DNA of 60,055 nt from contig JBAXLM010000002.1 of the NCBI GenBank assembly GCA_037134795.1, positions 1 to 60,055 on the forward strand. Reading direction: 5' to 3'. Source of the stretch: Candidatus Omnitrophota bacterium (lineage in GTDB: Bacteria; Omnitrophota; Gorgyraeia; Gygaellales; Profunditerraquicolaceae). This document shows positions 46,891 to 55,683 of this stretch, one piece after another (position 1 is the first letter of the stretch; every line of letters starts with the position of its first letter). Below the pieces are notes generated by a model. The model was not told where the DNA came from and did no database searches. It saw only the letters and a list, made by a program, of their open reading frames with translations. The position numbers and the translations under genes were made by a program.

Positions 46891-47310
46891 ATGCAAATTC
46901 TAATAAAAAATCTGCAAAATAAAGTTCCTCTTTATCCAAATAGGATAAAGAAGCTAATTTCTGGTATCTTGAAAGGAGAGAGAGTAAAAGAATCCGGCTG
47001 TATTAATATCTGTTTTGTGAATAACACATTGATAAAAAAATTTAATATTCAATTCCTTAAAAATACCAGCTCTACAGATGTTTTAGCCTTTAATCTTAGC
47101 GACCGAAAAAAGAACAAAATATTGCTGGCAGATATAATGATTTCCGCTGAAACTGCCATTACCCACGCACGTAAATTTAAAACCACGCCCAACTACGAAT
47201 TAATGCTCTATGTCGCCCATGGGATACTGCACATACTAGGGTATGACGATAGAAATAACACAGAAGCAAAACTTATGCGTAAAAAGGAAGCGGAATATGT
47301 CGATAGATAA
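46891..47310 (+). CDS. ybeY: Endoribonuclease YbeY
   Basis: 139 aa. TDVLAF and VAHGILHILGYDD (family motif HGxLHLxGYDH). The start was moved to the ATG at 46891, just after the upstream stop. Confidence 0.85.
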   Translation: MQILIKNLQNKVPLYPNRIKKLISGILKGERVKESGCINICFVNNTLIKKFNIQFLKNTSSTDVLAFNLSDRKKNKILLADIMISAETAITHARKFKTTPNYELMLYVAHGILHILGYDDRNNTEAKLMRKKEAEYVDR

Positions 47311-48052
47311 AGCTCAAGGATTACTCTTAATCAGAAGGGATTTCCGGGAAACCTCAATTATCGCGGAATTTTTTACCAAAGAATTCGGTAAAATCAGCGG
47401 CCTGCTAAAAGGAATACGCACTCAACCGGAAAAATTCGCCTCAAATCTAGAGCCATTCTCTCTAAATGAGATCATCTTTTATAGAAAAACACACTCATCA
47501 TTGCATCTAATAAGCCAGGCAGACAAATTAGATAACTTTACCCGCATACGGCAAAGTTTAGAAAAAACAACCATGGCCTCATTTATGATGGAGCTAGTTG
47601 CTTCGGTAATGCAGCCAGAAGATATAAATGAAGAGATATTTAACTTAAGCCTTTCCAGCCTTAAAGAATTAGAGACTAACTATAATCCTAATAAAATTAC
47701 AACCATATTTAAAATTAAAATGCTCGCGCTTTCCGGGTTTAAACCACACTTTGATTCTTGTGTATGCTGCTTGGATAAAATCATGGGGCAATCTAAATTT
47801 AGCCTTGCTTTAGGAGGCTTACTTTGCCCGCGTTGCATGCAAAAAGATCCAACTGCTCGCGCTATATTCCGCGGAACTGTTGCTACCATCCTGCATATTG
47901 AGAGAAACGATTTCCGCACCAGCCTTAATTTAGGGCTTAACCCTATGATAAAAAAAGAACTGGATCTGATTTTAAACGCATTCTTAAATTTTCATTTAGG
48001 AAAAGAATTAAAATCCCAAAAACTTTTGGATAAACTGGAGGTAGGGATATGA
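47297..48052 (+). CDS. recO: DNA repair protein RecO
   Basis: N-terminal OB region (AQGLLLIRRDFRETS.I...FT.EFGKISG), Cys4 zinc finger CVCC...CPRC. Start at the ATG at 47297. Confidence 0.85.
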   Translation: MSIDKAQGLLLIRRDFRETSIIAEFFTKEFGKISGLLKGIRTQPEKFASNLEPFSLNEIIFYRKTHSSLHLISQADKLDNFTRIRQSLEKTTMASFMMELVASVMQPEDINEEIFNLSLSSLKELETNYNPNKITTIFKIKMLALSGFKPHFDSCVCCLDKIMGQSKFSLALGGLLCPRCMQKDPTARAIFRGTVATILHIERNDFRTSLNLGLNPMIKKELDLILNAFLNFHLGKELKSQKLLDKLEVGI

Positions 48053-48975
48053 AAATTGTCATTGTAGGCCCAGGGGCAATGGGATGCTTATTTGGCGCTT
48101 TCTTATCAAAATCAAAAGAAGAAATTTGGTTATTAGATAAATTTAAAGAACGCGCGGCGAAAATTAACGAAAACGGAATATCTTTAGAAGGCGTATCCGG
48201 CAGTTGGCAGGCAAAAATTAAGACGACAGCTAACCCGCAAGATATTGGCACTAGCGACTTAATACTTATCTGCGTAAAATCTTTCAATACTAAACAAGCT
48301 ATAGAACAAATTATGCCTCTACTGGGCAAAAACACTAAAATATTAACACTACAAAATGGCATAGGCAATATTGAAGTTATCGCTGAATTAACCGCGGAAG
48401 ATAGAGTGATTGGAGGAGTAACCAACGAGGGAGCTACCTTAATTGATATTGGGAAAGTCCACCATGCAGGAAGAGGACAGACAATTATCGGAATGATTGA
48501 CGGCAAAACCCCGGTTGAGATGCGTGGAATTCGCGAGATATTTAACAAGGTTGGTTTTGATACCAAGATGTCCCGCGATATAAAAAGCCTTATCTGGAGT
48601 AAGTTAATTATTAATGTAGGCATCAACGCTTTAACTGCAATTACTCGTTTACCGAATGGGAAACTTACTGAATTCGAAGGCACTAAACGCATCTTGCGAG
48701 ACGCGGTTACGGAAGCCGCGCGCATCGCAAAAAGAAAACGCATAAAATTAATTTACGACGATCCTTTAGCAAAGGTAGAAGCGGTTTGCGAAGGGACATC
48801 TGCTAACCTTTCCTCAATGCTTCAGGATGTCTTAAAAAAGAAACGCACAGAAATTAATTTTATTAACGGCGTAATTGTCCGGCTTGGCCAAGAATTAGGC
48901 ATTGACGTACCAACAAACAAGTTTTTAGTAGATCTGGTCAAAACAATCGAAACCAGTTACGCACAATCTGTGTAG
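48049..48975 (+). CDS. panE: 2-dehydropantoate 2-reductase
   Basis: MKIVIVGPGAMG Rossmann motif, conserved K (WSKLIINVGINALTA), SMLQD. Confidence 0.85.
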   Translation: MKIVIVGPGAMGCLFGAFLSKSKEEIWLLDKFKERAAKINENGISLEGVSGSWQAKIKTTANPQDIGTSDLILICVKSFNTKQAIEQIMPLLGKNTKILTLQNGIGNIEVIAELTAEDRVIGGVTNEGATLIDIGKVHHAGRGQTIIGMIDGKTPVEMRGIREIFNKVGFDTKMSRDIKSLIWSKLIINVGINALTAITRLPNGKLTEFEGTKRILRDAVTEAARIAKRKRIKLIYDDPLAKVEAVCEGTSANLSSMLQDVLKKKRTEINFINGVIVRLGQELGIDVPTNKFLVDLVKTIETSYAQSV

Positions 48976-49090
48976 ACAGTGTACGTAAGCGTTTAACAGC
49001 ACACTAGTTATGAAACAAATATTTGGGTAAGAGAAAAAGGTATTTGTTCTGTAACTAACTGTGCTGCAATATGTTGCGTACACTGTCTAC
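48972..49090. repeat. 119-nt imperfect palindromic element with 14-bp perfect terminal inverted repeats
   Basis: GTAGACAGTGTACG (48972-48985) pairs with CGTACACTGTCTAC (49077-49090). Inner paired blocks are CAGCACA/TGTGCTG, TAGTTA/TAACTA and GAAACAAATA/TATTTGTTC, around a purine-rich ~19-nt loop. It contains the panE stop codon and the first ATG of the apbE ORF. Confidence 0.8.
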
Positions 49091-50042
49091 AATACTTATG
49101 GCTTATAGTAAAAGAAATCGTAAATATTTATTGGTGTTACTGATAGCCGGATGGGCGATCACTTTAGGCTACAAACATTTTTCCCTCCGGATACCTGAAA
49201 AACATTTATATCATGACAACCGCATTCTTATGGGTACATTCTGGGAGGTTACATCCCCGGAAAAACAAGCAAGCGCGATTGTTTTCGCAGAAGTTGAGCG
49301 CCTTGAACAACTGTTTAGCAAATATATCCCGACAAGTGAAGTATCTGTACTTAACCGTGCGGGAAAATTAAAGGTAAGCCCCGATACATTTTATATTATA
49401 AAAAAATCAAAAGAATTTTACCAGCTTACTGATGGCGCATTTGATATCTCAGTCGCTCCGCTTGTTGAGCTTTGGGGGTTTTCTAACCTTAAAACAAAAG
49501 TACCTACTATAGAAGAAATCAACTCCACCCTTAAAGTAATAGGAAGTGATAAAATTATTTTGCATGAAAATGATTCTATGGTAGAATTTAAGCTTCCTGA
49601 AATGAAAATCGACCTTGGCGGGATAGCTAAAGGATACGCGTTAGATTGCGCAATAAAGAAGCTTAAGGAGAATAAAATTAACAGTTGCCTTATTAATGCC
49701 GGCGGACAAGTTTATGCTTTAGGAAATAAATTCTCTTCACCCTGGAAGATCGCGATCAAAAATCCGCGTAAGCCTGCTGTTTTAGAAACGCTGGAATTAA
49801 ATAATCAATCCGCATCTACCAGCGGAGATTACGAACAGTTTTTTTTAAAAGATGGAAAACGTTACTGTCACATTATAAACCCTAAAACGGGTTACCCTGC
49901 AGATACACAGATTACTTCTGTAACTATAATTGCAGATCAAGGCTTAACTGCTGATGTTCTATCTACAGCAATATTTGTATTAGGCAAAAAAAGAGGGGAA
50001 GCTTTAGCTAAACAATTTACTAATATAGAAATTAAAGAATGA
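49071..50042 (+). CDS. apbE: FAD:protein FMN transferase (ApbE family); the start may be the ATG at 49098
   Basis: N-terminal hydrophobic anchor. MGT, FDISVAPL, DLGGIAKGYA, STSGDYE...HIINP.TG motifs. Confidence 0.85.
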   Translation: MLRTLSTILMAYSKRNRKYLLVLLIAGWAITLGYKHFSLRIPEKHLYHDNRILMGTFWEVTSPEKQASAIVFAEVERLEQLFSKYIPTSEVSVLNRAGKLKVSPDTFYIIKKSKEFYQLTDGAFDISVAPLVELWGFSNLKTKVPTIEEINSTLKVIGSDKIILHENDSMVEFKLPEMKIDLGGIAKGYALDCAIKKLKENKINSCLINAGGQVYALGNKFSSPWKIAIKNPRKPAVLETLELNNQSASTSGDYEQFFLKDGKRYCHIINPKTGYPADTQITSVTIIADQGLTADVLSTAIFVLGKKRGEALAKQFTNIEIKE

Positions 50043-51328
50043 ATTACCTGCCTAAGAAATTTATCTTCCTTTACTACATCATCAATCTACCGGTAATTGA
50101 TTCACTTACCGGAAAGAAGATCGGCCGCGTTATTGACCTAGCCGCGACACTTAAAGAAATGTACCCTAAAGTAACCGGATTGATTATGCGTAATAAGAAA
50201 AATAAAAAGATTTATCTACCCTGGAACAGCGTAAAAATGCTGGTGGAAGAAAAAGGGATTTTTATTGAAAATTTTCTGGCTGTCGCGCAAAATGAATTTA
50301 ACCCAAAAGAAAATGAAATCCTGCTTAAAGAAACTTTTTGGGATAAACAGATAGTCGATATTCACGGTTCAAAGGTAGTCCGCATTAATGACCTGCATCT
50401 TTTAAGAGAAGGGCTGGACTTTTGGGTAGTGCATATGGATATTGGCATTACCGGATTACTACGCAGGTTAGGTTGTATCAAAATATTCGAGTTCATTATA
50501 AAACTTGTTTCTTCATATGAAATGGAAGACAGGATTATTTCGTGGAAAGATGTTCAGCCAATAAACGGGCCTATAGGAAACGATGCCTTATCTTTAAAAG
50601 TGCACCATTCAAAACTAGCGGAATTGCATCCGGCTGATATCGCCGATATTATTATTGACCTTGGCACGGAAGAAAGGCTGAATATTCTTAGGTCTATGGA
50701 TAAAGTTACAGCTGCTAACACTATTCAGGAATTACCCTTAAAAGTACGCTTACAGGTTGCCGAATTACTTGACCAAAAACTCCTTGCGGAAATTATAAAT
50801 GAAATGGCTATCGACGAAGTGGTGGATTTATTCTCACAATTGCCTAAAAAAAGAGTTTCTGTGTTATTTTCCCGTTTATCGCAGGAAAAGGTTGCACAAA
50901 TCTCTAGTTTACTCAGCCATGATGATGATATAGCAGGCAGTATTATGAACACTGACTTTATTTGCGTCAAACACAGTATGAGCGCGGCAGCTGCTTTAGA
51001 AAAAACAAAAAAAGAATCCACGCGGAAAAAAGAATCCTATTATATTTACGTGCTTGATGATACTGATTTACTGGTAGGAGTGATAACTTTACAACAGCTG
51101 CTTACAGTTGCCCCGGAAAAAATTGTCTCTGAATTCATGCGTAAACGCATTGCTAAAGTAAAAATAAAAACAAAAATTAAAGATGTGGCTGAGGTTTTCT
51201 ATAAATACGATTTTACGGTTGTGCCGGTAATTGACAAACTCGGAAAAATCCAGGGGATAATTACAATGAAGGACGCCTTTGAATCAGTATTTCACCAGAT
51301 CCGCAAAGAAACGGAACAGACACAATGA
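50039..51328 (+). CDS. Soluble PRC-barrel / MgtE-N / CBS-pair protein (MgtE cytoplasmic module without the channel domain)
   Basis: MgtE_N-like segment LAELHPADIADIIIDLGTEERLNILRSMD, then two CBS-like repeats (IMNTDFICV..., VVPVIDKLGKIQGIITMKD). No TM segments. The stop overlaps the downstream transporter start (ATGA). Confidence 0.7.
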   Translation: MNYLPKKFIFLYYIINLPVIDSLTGKKIGRVIDLAATLKEMYPKVTGLIMRNKKNKKIYLPWNSVKMLVEEKGIFIENFLAVAQNEFNPKENEILLKETFWDKQIVDIHGSKVVRINDLHLLREGLDFWVVHMDIGITGLLRRLGCIKIFEFIIKLVSSYEMEDRIISWKDVQPINGPIGNDALSLKVHHSKLAELHPADIADIIIDLGTEERLNILRSMDKVTAANTIQELPLKVRLQVAELLDQKLLAEIINEMAIDEVVDLFSQLPKKRVSVLFSRLSQEKVAQISSLLSHDDDIAGSIMNTDFICVKHSMSAAAALEKTKKESTRKKESYYIYVLDDTDLLVGVITLQQLLTVAPEKIVSEFMRKRIAKVKIKTKIKDVAEVFYKYDFTVVPVIDKLGKIQGIITMKDAFESVFHQIRKETEQTQ

Positions 51329-52605
51329 AACTTTGGGATAAAATAAAAGAAAAACCGATAATTCGAAACCTGATAATATTTCTCGCTGTCCTAGGGCCAG
51401 GAATCGTCACCGGTAGCGTAGATAATGACGCCGGAGGAATTACTACCTATTCGGTTGCCGGAGCAATCTTTGGCTATAAACTTTTATGGACACTCATCCC
51501 GTCTTTTATAATTTTAGCAGTAGTCCAGGAAATGAATGCCCGAATGGGAATTGTTACCGGCAAAGGCTTAGCTGACCTTATCCGGGAAAATTTCGGGGTT
51601 AAAATTACATTTTTTATATTCTTAGGGCTGCTTGCCGCGGATATCGGAAATACCGCAACAGAATTTGCCGGCGTAGCCGGAAGTATGGATGTCTTTGGAA
51701 TAAGCAAGTATGTCTCAGTGCCCCTAACCGCATTTGCCGTATGGATACTCGTAGTAAAAGGAAACTACAAAACCTCAGAAAGAATATTTTTGCTTTTTAG
51801 TTTTTGCTTATTATCTTATATCGTATCCGCGATCCTTGCCAAACCAGATTGGCATCAAATCAGTGCGGCTATTATAAAACCAGCTATGCATATAAATAAA
51901 GAATATCTGGGCATGATTTTAGGTATTGTGGGAACCACCATTGCTCCCTGGATGCAATTCTATATGCAATCGGCAGTTATCGAAAAGAGGATCAAAATAG
52001 AAGATTATAAATTTGTCGTAGCTGATGTAATTATTGGATGTATCGCGACAGTAGTCGTAGCATTCTTTATTATTGTCGCATGTGCCGCGACATTGCATCA
52101 AAACGGAATAGTGATAAATGAAGCTCGCGACGCAGCAATAGCCTTAAAACCATTTGCCGGTATATTTGCTTCACAATTATTTGCCTTTGGATTATTTGTT
52201 GCTTCGGTATTTTCAGCGACAATTCTTCCTTTAGCTACAGCATTTTACGTCTGCGAGGCGTTTGGCTTTGAAGGGGGAATAAATAAAAAAATAAATGAAG
52301 CCCCGCAATTCTACGCCCTATTCACCTTTATTATTCTGTTTTCCGTAATTATTATCCTCATACCTAATGCGCCGCTGATTACCATAACCATCTGGTCACA
52401 GATAATCAATGCCATGCTGCTGCCTATAGTACTTATCTCCATGATCACCATGGTGAATAATAAAAAGATTATGGGAAAATACACTAATAACAAATTTCAA
52501 AATAGCGTGGGCTGGCTGACTACTATAATCCTGATCGCGCTAACGATTATGCTTATAGTTTCACCATTAATAAATTACCTGCACAAATTTTTCCTTAGGA
52601 ACTAA
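51325..52605 (+). CDS. NRAMP/SLC11-family transporter with an NRMT-like (Mg2+-type) binding-site signature
   Basis: 426 aa, ~11 TM helices. The TM1 motif reads D-A-G-G (codons 51427-51438) where canonical NRAMPs have D-P-G-N. The TM6 motif reads G-T-T-I-A-P-W (51931-51951) where canonical NRAMPs have G-A-x-x-M-P-H. Confidence 0.75.
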   Translation: MKLWDKIKEKPIIRNLIIFLAVLGPGIVTGSVDNDAGGITTYSVAGAIFGYKLLWTLIPSFIILAVVQEMNARMGIVTGKGLADLIRENFGVKITFFIFLGLLAADIGNTATEFAGVAGSMDVFGISKYVSVPLTAFAVWILVVKGNYKTSERIFLLFSFCLLSYIVSAILAKPDWHQISAAIIKPAMHINKEYLGMILGIVGTTIAPWMQFYMQSAVIEKRIKIEDYKFVVADVIIGCIATVVVAFFIIVACAATLHQNGIVINEARDAAIALKPFAGIFASQLFAFGLFVASVFSATILPLATAFYVCEAFGFEGGINKKINEAPQFYALFTFIILFSVIIILIPNAPLITITIWSQIINAMLLPIVLISMITMVNNKKIMGKYTNNKFQNSVGWLTTIILIALTIMLIVSPLINYLHKFFLRN

Positions 52606-52606
52606 A

Positions 52607-53443
52607 ATGGACGCTAGAATTACTGTTGATAAAATTATTTCCTTAAAAAACAAGCGCAAAATCACCATGCTTACTGCTTACGATTACCCAATCGCAAGCT
52701 TAGTAGACAAAGCAGGAATTGATATAATTCTCGTGGGAGATTCCCTGGCTAATGTTGTGCTGGGATTGGAATCCACGACTCAGGTGGGAATGGCGGAAAT
52801 GTTGCATCATGCTAAAGCTGTTACCCGCGCCGTAAAAAACAGCCTGGTTGTCGGGGATATGCCTTATGATTCCTATCAGATAAATTCAAATGAATGCGTG
52901 AAAAACGCTAAAAGATTTATCCAGGAAGCTAACTGCCAAGCAGTAAAATTAGAATGGTTTGAGCATTGTTTAGAGGTAACTGAACAGATTATTAACGCGG
53001 GCATACCTGTAATGGGGCATATCGGATTAACTCCCCAAACTGTAGACAAAATTGGCGGCTTTATTGTACAAGGTAAAAACGCAGAAGCGGCCAGAAAATT
53101 AATAAATCAAGCGGTAGAGCTCCAGAAGAAGGGATGCTTTGCCATTGTTTTAGAGTGCGTCCCGGATAAAATTGCCGAACTTATCACTAAAAAGATAAGC
53201 ATTCCCACCATTGGCATTGGAGCAGGAGTAAATTGCGATGGCCAAGTCTTAGTTATCAACGATATGCTCGGGCTTTTCCAAAGATATACACCGAAATTTG
53301 TTAAAAAATATATTGATCTTGCGGCGTTAATTTCAAAAGCTTTAGAAGATTTTAAAAATGAAGTCTCCTTAGAAAAATTCCCTACTCACGAACACTCTTT
53401 TACTATTCCAGAAGAAGAGCTTAAAAAGATAAATGAAAACTAA
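52607..53443 (+). CDS. panB: 3-methyl-2-oxobutanoate hydroxymethyltransferase
   Basis: ITMLTAYDYP, LVGDSL, VKLE, IGIGAG..CDGQVLV motifs. Confidence 0.92.
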   Translation: MDARITVDKIISLKNKRKITMLTAYDYPIASLVDKAGIDIILVGDSLANVVLGLESTTQVGMAEMLHHAKAVTRAVKNSLVVGDMPYDSYQINSNECVKNAKRFIQEANCQAVKLEWFEHCLEVTEQIINAGIPVMGHIGLTPQTVDKIGGFIVQGKNAEAARKLINQAVELQKKGCFAIVLECVPDKIAELITKKISIPTIGIGAGVNCDGQVLVINDMLGLFQRYTPKFVKKYIDLAALISKALEDFKNEVSLEKFPTHEHSFTIPEEELKKINEN

Positions 53444-54149
53444 ACGGTTAACTAAATTTATAATTAGTATACCGGTGTTTTTGCTGGCCTTACTTTTTGT
53501 AATCAAATTTGCCGGACCGAACATTTTAAAGCAGTATATTTCTTACGGCATCGGGGAATGCCTTAACATTCCTATCCTATGCATGCAGCCAGATGAAAAA
53601 ATTTTCTCACCTATTATTAGCCCGGAATATTTAAATAGCTTAGTCCCGCAAAAATTCCCTAAAATGTCTATCTCTGCCCCCAAAGGCTTTACTTTGGTGC
53701 AAGAATTAGTAAAAAAAGTTTACTACAAAAAAAGGCATGCTTTTAATCAGGCAACGATCTACCTTTTGCGCCAAGAGCCCTTCGCCTTTATTAAACTTTA
53801 TCCAGATGTACAAAAACAAGGCGTAAAAGATAACTACGAATTCATACGCAGGCTTATGTACGCTAACCTTGAAAAGACAGAAAATATTACTGACGCTTTC
53901 TTCGTAATTATGAAAAGCGTGTTTACGCCAGATATAGGAAATCAGAGTACTGCCAAAATGATTAGATTCACAATCAATAATAAATCAGGGTATATAAACT
54001 ACACTATGGCTAAACCGGTTAACTATTTCGATTGTAATGTACTTGATGCCCAAGGAAATTTTTTCAAGGTATACATAAAGGATACCGGCGCGCAACTTGA
54101 CTTAAACAAGGTCTACGGGATACTCTCCACCATAAAACCTGTTGATTAG
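53433..54149 (+). CDS. Hypothetical membrane-anchored protein
   Basis: Single N-terminal TM helix (FIISIPVFLLALLFVIKF). No recognised domain. Confidence 0.5.
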   Translation: MKTKRLTKFIISIPVFLLALLFVIKFAGPNILKQYISYGIGECLNIPILCMQPDEKIFSPIISPEYLNSLVPQKFPKMSISAPKGFTLVQELVKKVYYKKRHAFNQATIYLLRQEPFAFIKLYPDVQKQGVKDNYEFIRRLMYANLEKTENITDAFFVIMKSVFTPDIGNQSTAKMIRFTINNKSGYINYTMAKPVNYFDCNVLDAQGNFFKVYIKDTGAQLDLNKVYGILSTIKPVD

Positions 54150-54179
54150 CCCAAAATCGCGCTTTTGTGAATTAAATTA

Positions 54180-54207
54180 TTGACACCCGTAATTTATACT
54201 ATATAAT
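54180..54207 (+). promoter_or_regulatory. Consensus sigma-70 promoter of the PilZ-PilT gene
   Basis: TTGACA (54180-54185), 16 nt spacer, TATAAT (54202-54207). GGAAGGAG Shine-Dalgarno ahead of the TTG start at 54264. Confidence 0.7.
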
Positions 54208-54263
54208 TTATGCATAAGGTTTTCTAAAATTATGGCTACGGAAAACATAGGAAGGAGTTAACT

Positions 54264-55649
54264 TTGTTTACATTCGGAGCAAATAAAAGAGAAAATTACC
54301 GTACTTTTTTAAATATTCCCTTTACCTTTGATAAAACTGATCCGCTAAGTAAAACGGTTACTACTAAAACCCAGATCATCAGGGATATAAGCGAAGACGG
54401 CTTATACTTTACATCGGATGAGGTTTTTCCGCTTGGTACGGAATTAAAAATTAAATTTCAACTTCCAAATAACGATACTATTATAAACGCAACTATAAAA
54501 GTGTTGCGAATCGAAACACCTGAATTAGAAAAATTCAACATCGGGGCATGTTTTTCCTCTATCAGCGAAATAGATAAAGAGAGAATAAAAAAACTGATTG
54601 AACGCATAAATATTAATAATTTACTGGGATTAGCTATTAAAAATAATGCCTCTGATTTACACCTACTTGTAAACCAATCTCCGATTATACGCGTTGACAG
54701 CGAACTTGTAGCTCTTGAGATGCAGCCATTTTTGCCGGAAGAAATCAAACAATTACTTTATAGCATAATGAGCAAGCAGCAAATCGCGGTATTTGAAAAA
54801 GATAAAGAGCTTGATTTTGGAATACAATATGATACGCGAACCCGCTTCCGCGTTAATCTACATCAACAAAAAGGTTTTCTCGAAGCCGCCTTTAGGTTAA
54901 TAAACACAAGAGAATTTTCCTACGAGGAACTGAATATTCCCAATGTTATAAAAGACCTTACCAGGCAGAGGGAAGGATTAATCCTGGTAATAGGGCCAAC
55001 AAGCTCAGGGAAAAGTACTACAATTTCGGCAATGGTTGATCTAATTAATCACGAAAGAAAAGCAATTATTGTTACTTTGGAAAGGCCCATAGAATATGTG
55101 CATACTAACATAAAAAGCATTATTAAGCAGCGAGAGGTAGGAATAGATACCAATTCTTTTGCCTCTGCCATAAAAAGCACTTTAAGGCAGGATCCTAACA
55201 TAATAATCGTCGGAGAGCTGGACGACATGGAAACCATCGGTACCGCTTTGATCGCCGCGGAAGCAGGGTATTTAGTTATCGCTTCCTTTCATGCTCCCAG
55301 TACCATCCAGTCAATAGACAGGCTGGCAAATATGTTTCCGCCAGATCATCGCAAAAAAATCTTAAACCAAATATCTGGATGCCTTAATGCGGTAATTTCC
55401 CAATTATTAATACCTAAAATTAATAAAAAAGGAAGAGTCCTGGCTTGCGAGATACTCATCGCTAATGATGCAGTCAAAAGAAATATCCGTAAGGATGAAT
55501 TATCTCAGATCTCTAATATTATACAAACAGGCAAAGCCTTCAAGATGCAATCAATGACAGAATCAATTACGAAAATTTACGAAGATGGAATTATCGATGG
55601 AACGACCATGGAATACTATACAAAAGAAACTAAAGATCTTCACGAATAA
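54264..55649 (+). CDS. pilT: PilT-family type IV pilus retraction ATPase with an N-terminal PilZ domain
   Basis: PilZ motifs RENYR (RxxxR) and DISEDG (DxSxxG) in the first ~110 aa. Then a full PilT: ASDLHLLVNQSPIIRVD, Walker A GPTSSGKSTT, Walker B IIIVGELDD, and the AVKRNIRKDELSQI..IIQTG signature region. Confidence 0.85.
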   Translation: MFTFGANKRENYRTFLNIPFTFDKTDPLSKTVTTKTQIIRDISEDGLYFTSDEVFPLGTELKIKFQLPNNDTIINATIKVLRIETPELEKFNIGACFSSISEIDKERIKKLIERININNLLGLAIKNNASDLHLLVNQSPIIRVDSELVALEMQPFLPEEIKQLLYSIMSKQQIAVFEKDKELDFGIQYDTRTRFRVNLHQQKGFLEAAFRLINTREFSYEELNIPNVIKDLTRQREGLILVIGPTSSGKSTTISAMVDLINHERKAIIVTLERPIEYVHTNIKSIIKQREVGIDTNSFASAIKSTLRQDPNIIIVGELDDMETIGTALIAAEAGYLVIASFHAPSTIQSIDRLANMFPPDHRKKILNQISGCLNAVISQLLIPKINKKGRVLACEILIANDAVKRNIRKDELSQISNIIQTGKAFKMQSMTESITKIYEDGIIDGTTMEYYTKETKDLHE

Positions 55650-55683
55650 TATCTATCGCTAAATTAATCAATAAATAAGGATA

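Noticed and set aside
47943-48743. 266-aa minus-strand ORF
   Set aside because: It is antisense to panE and the recO end, both of which have clear family motifs on the + strand. It has no recognisable motifs of its own. It is a shadow ORF.
49900-50100. M-box (Mg2+) riboswitch upstream of the MgtE-N/NRMT pair
   Set aside because: There is no intergenic space. The MgtE-N gene start overlaps the apbE stop, so a ~160-nt M-box leader cannot be present here.
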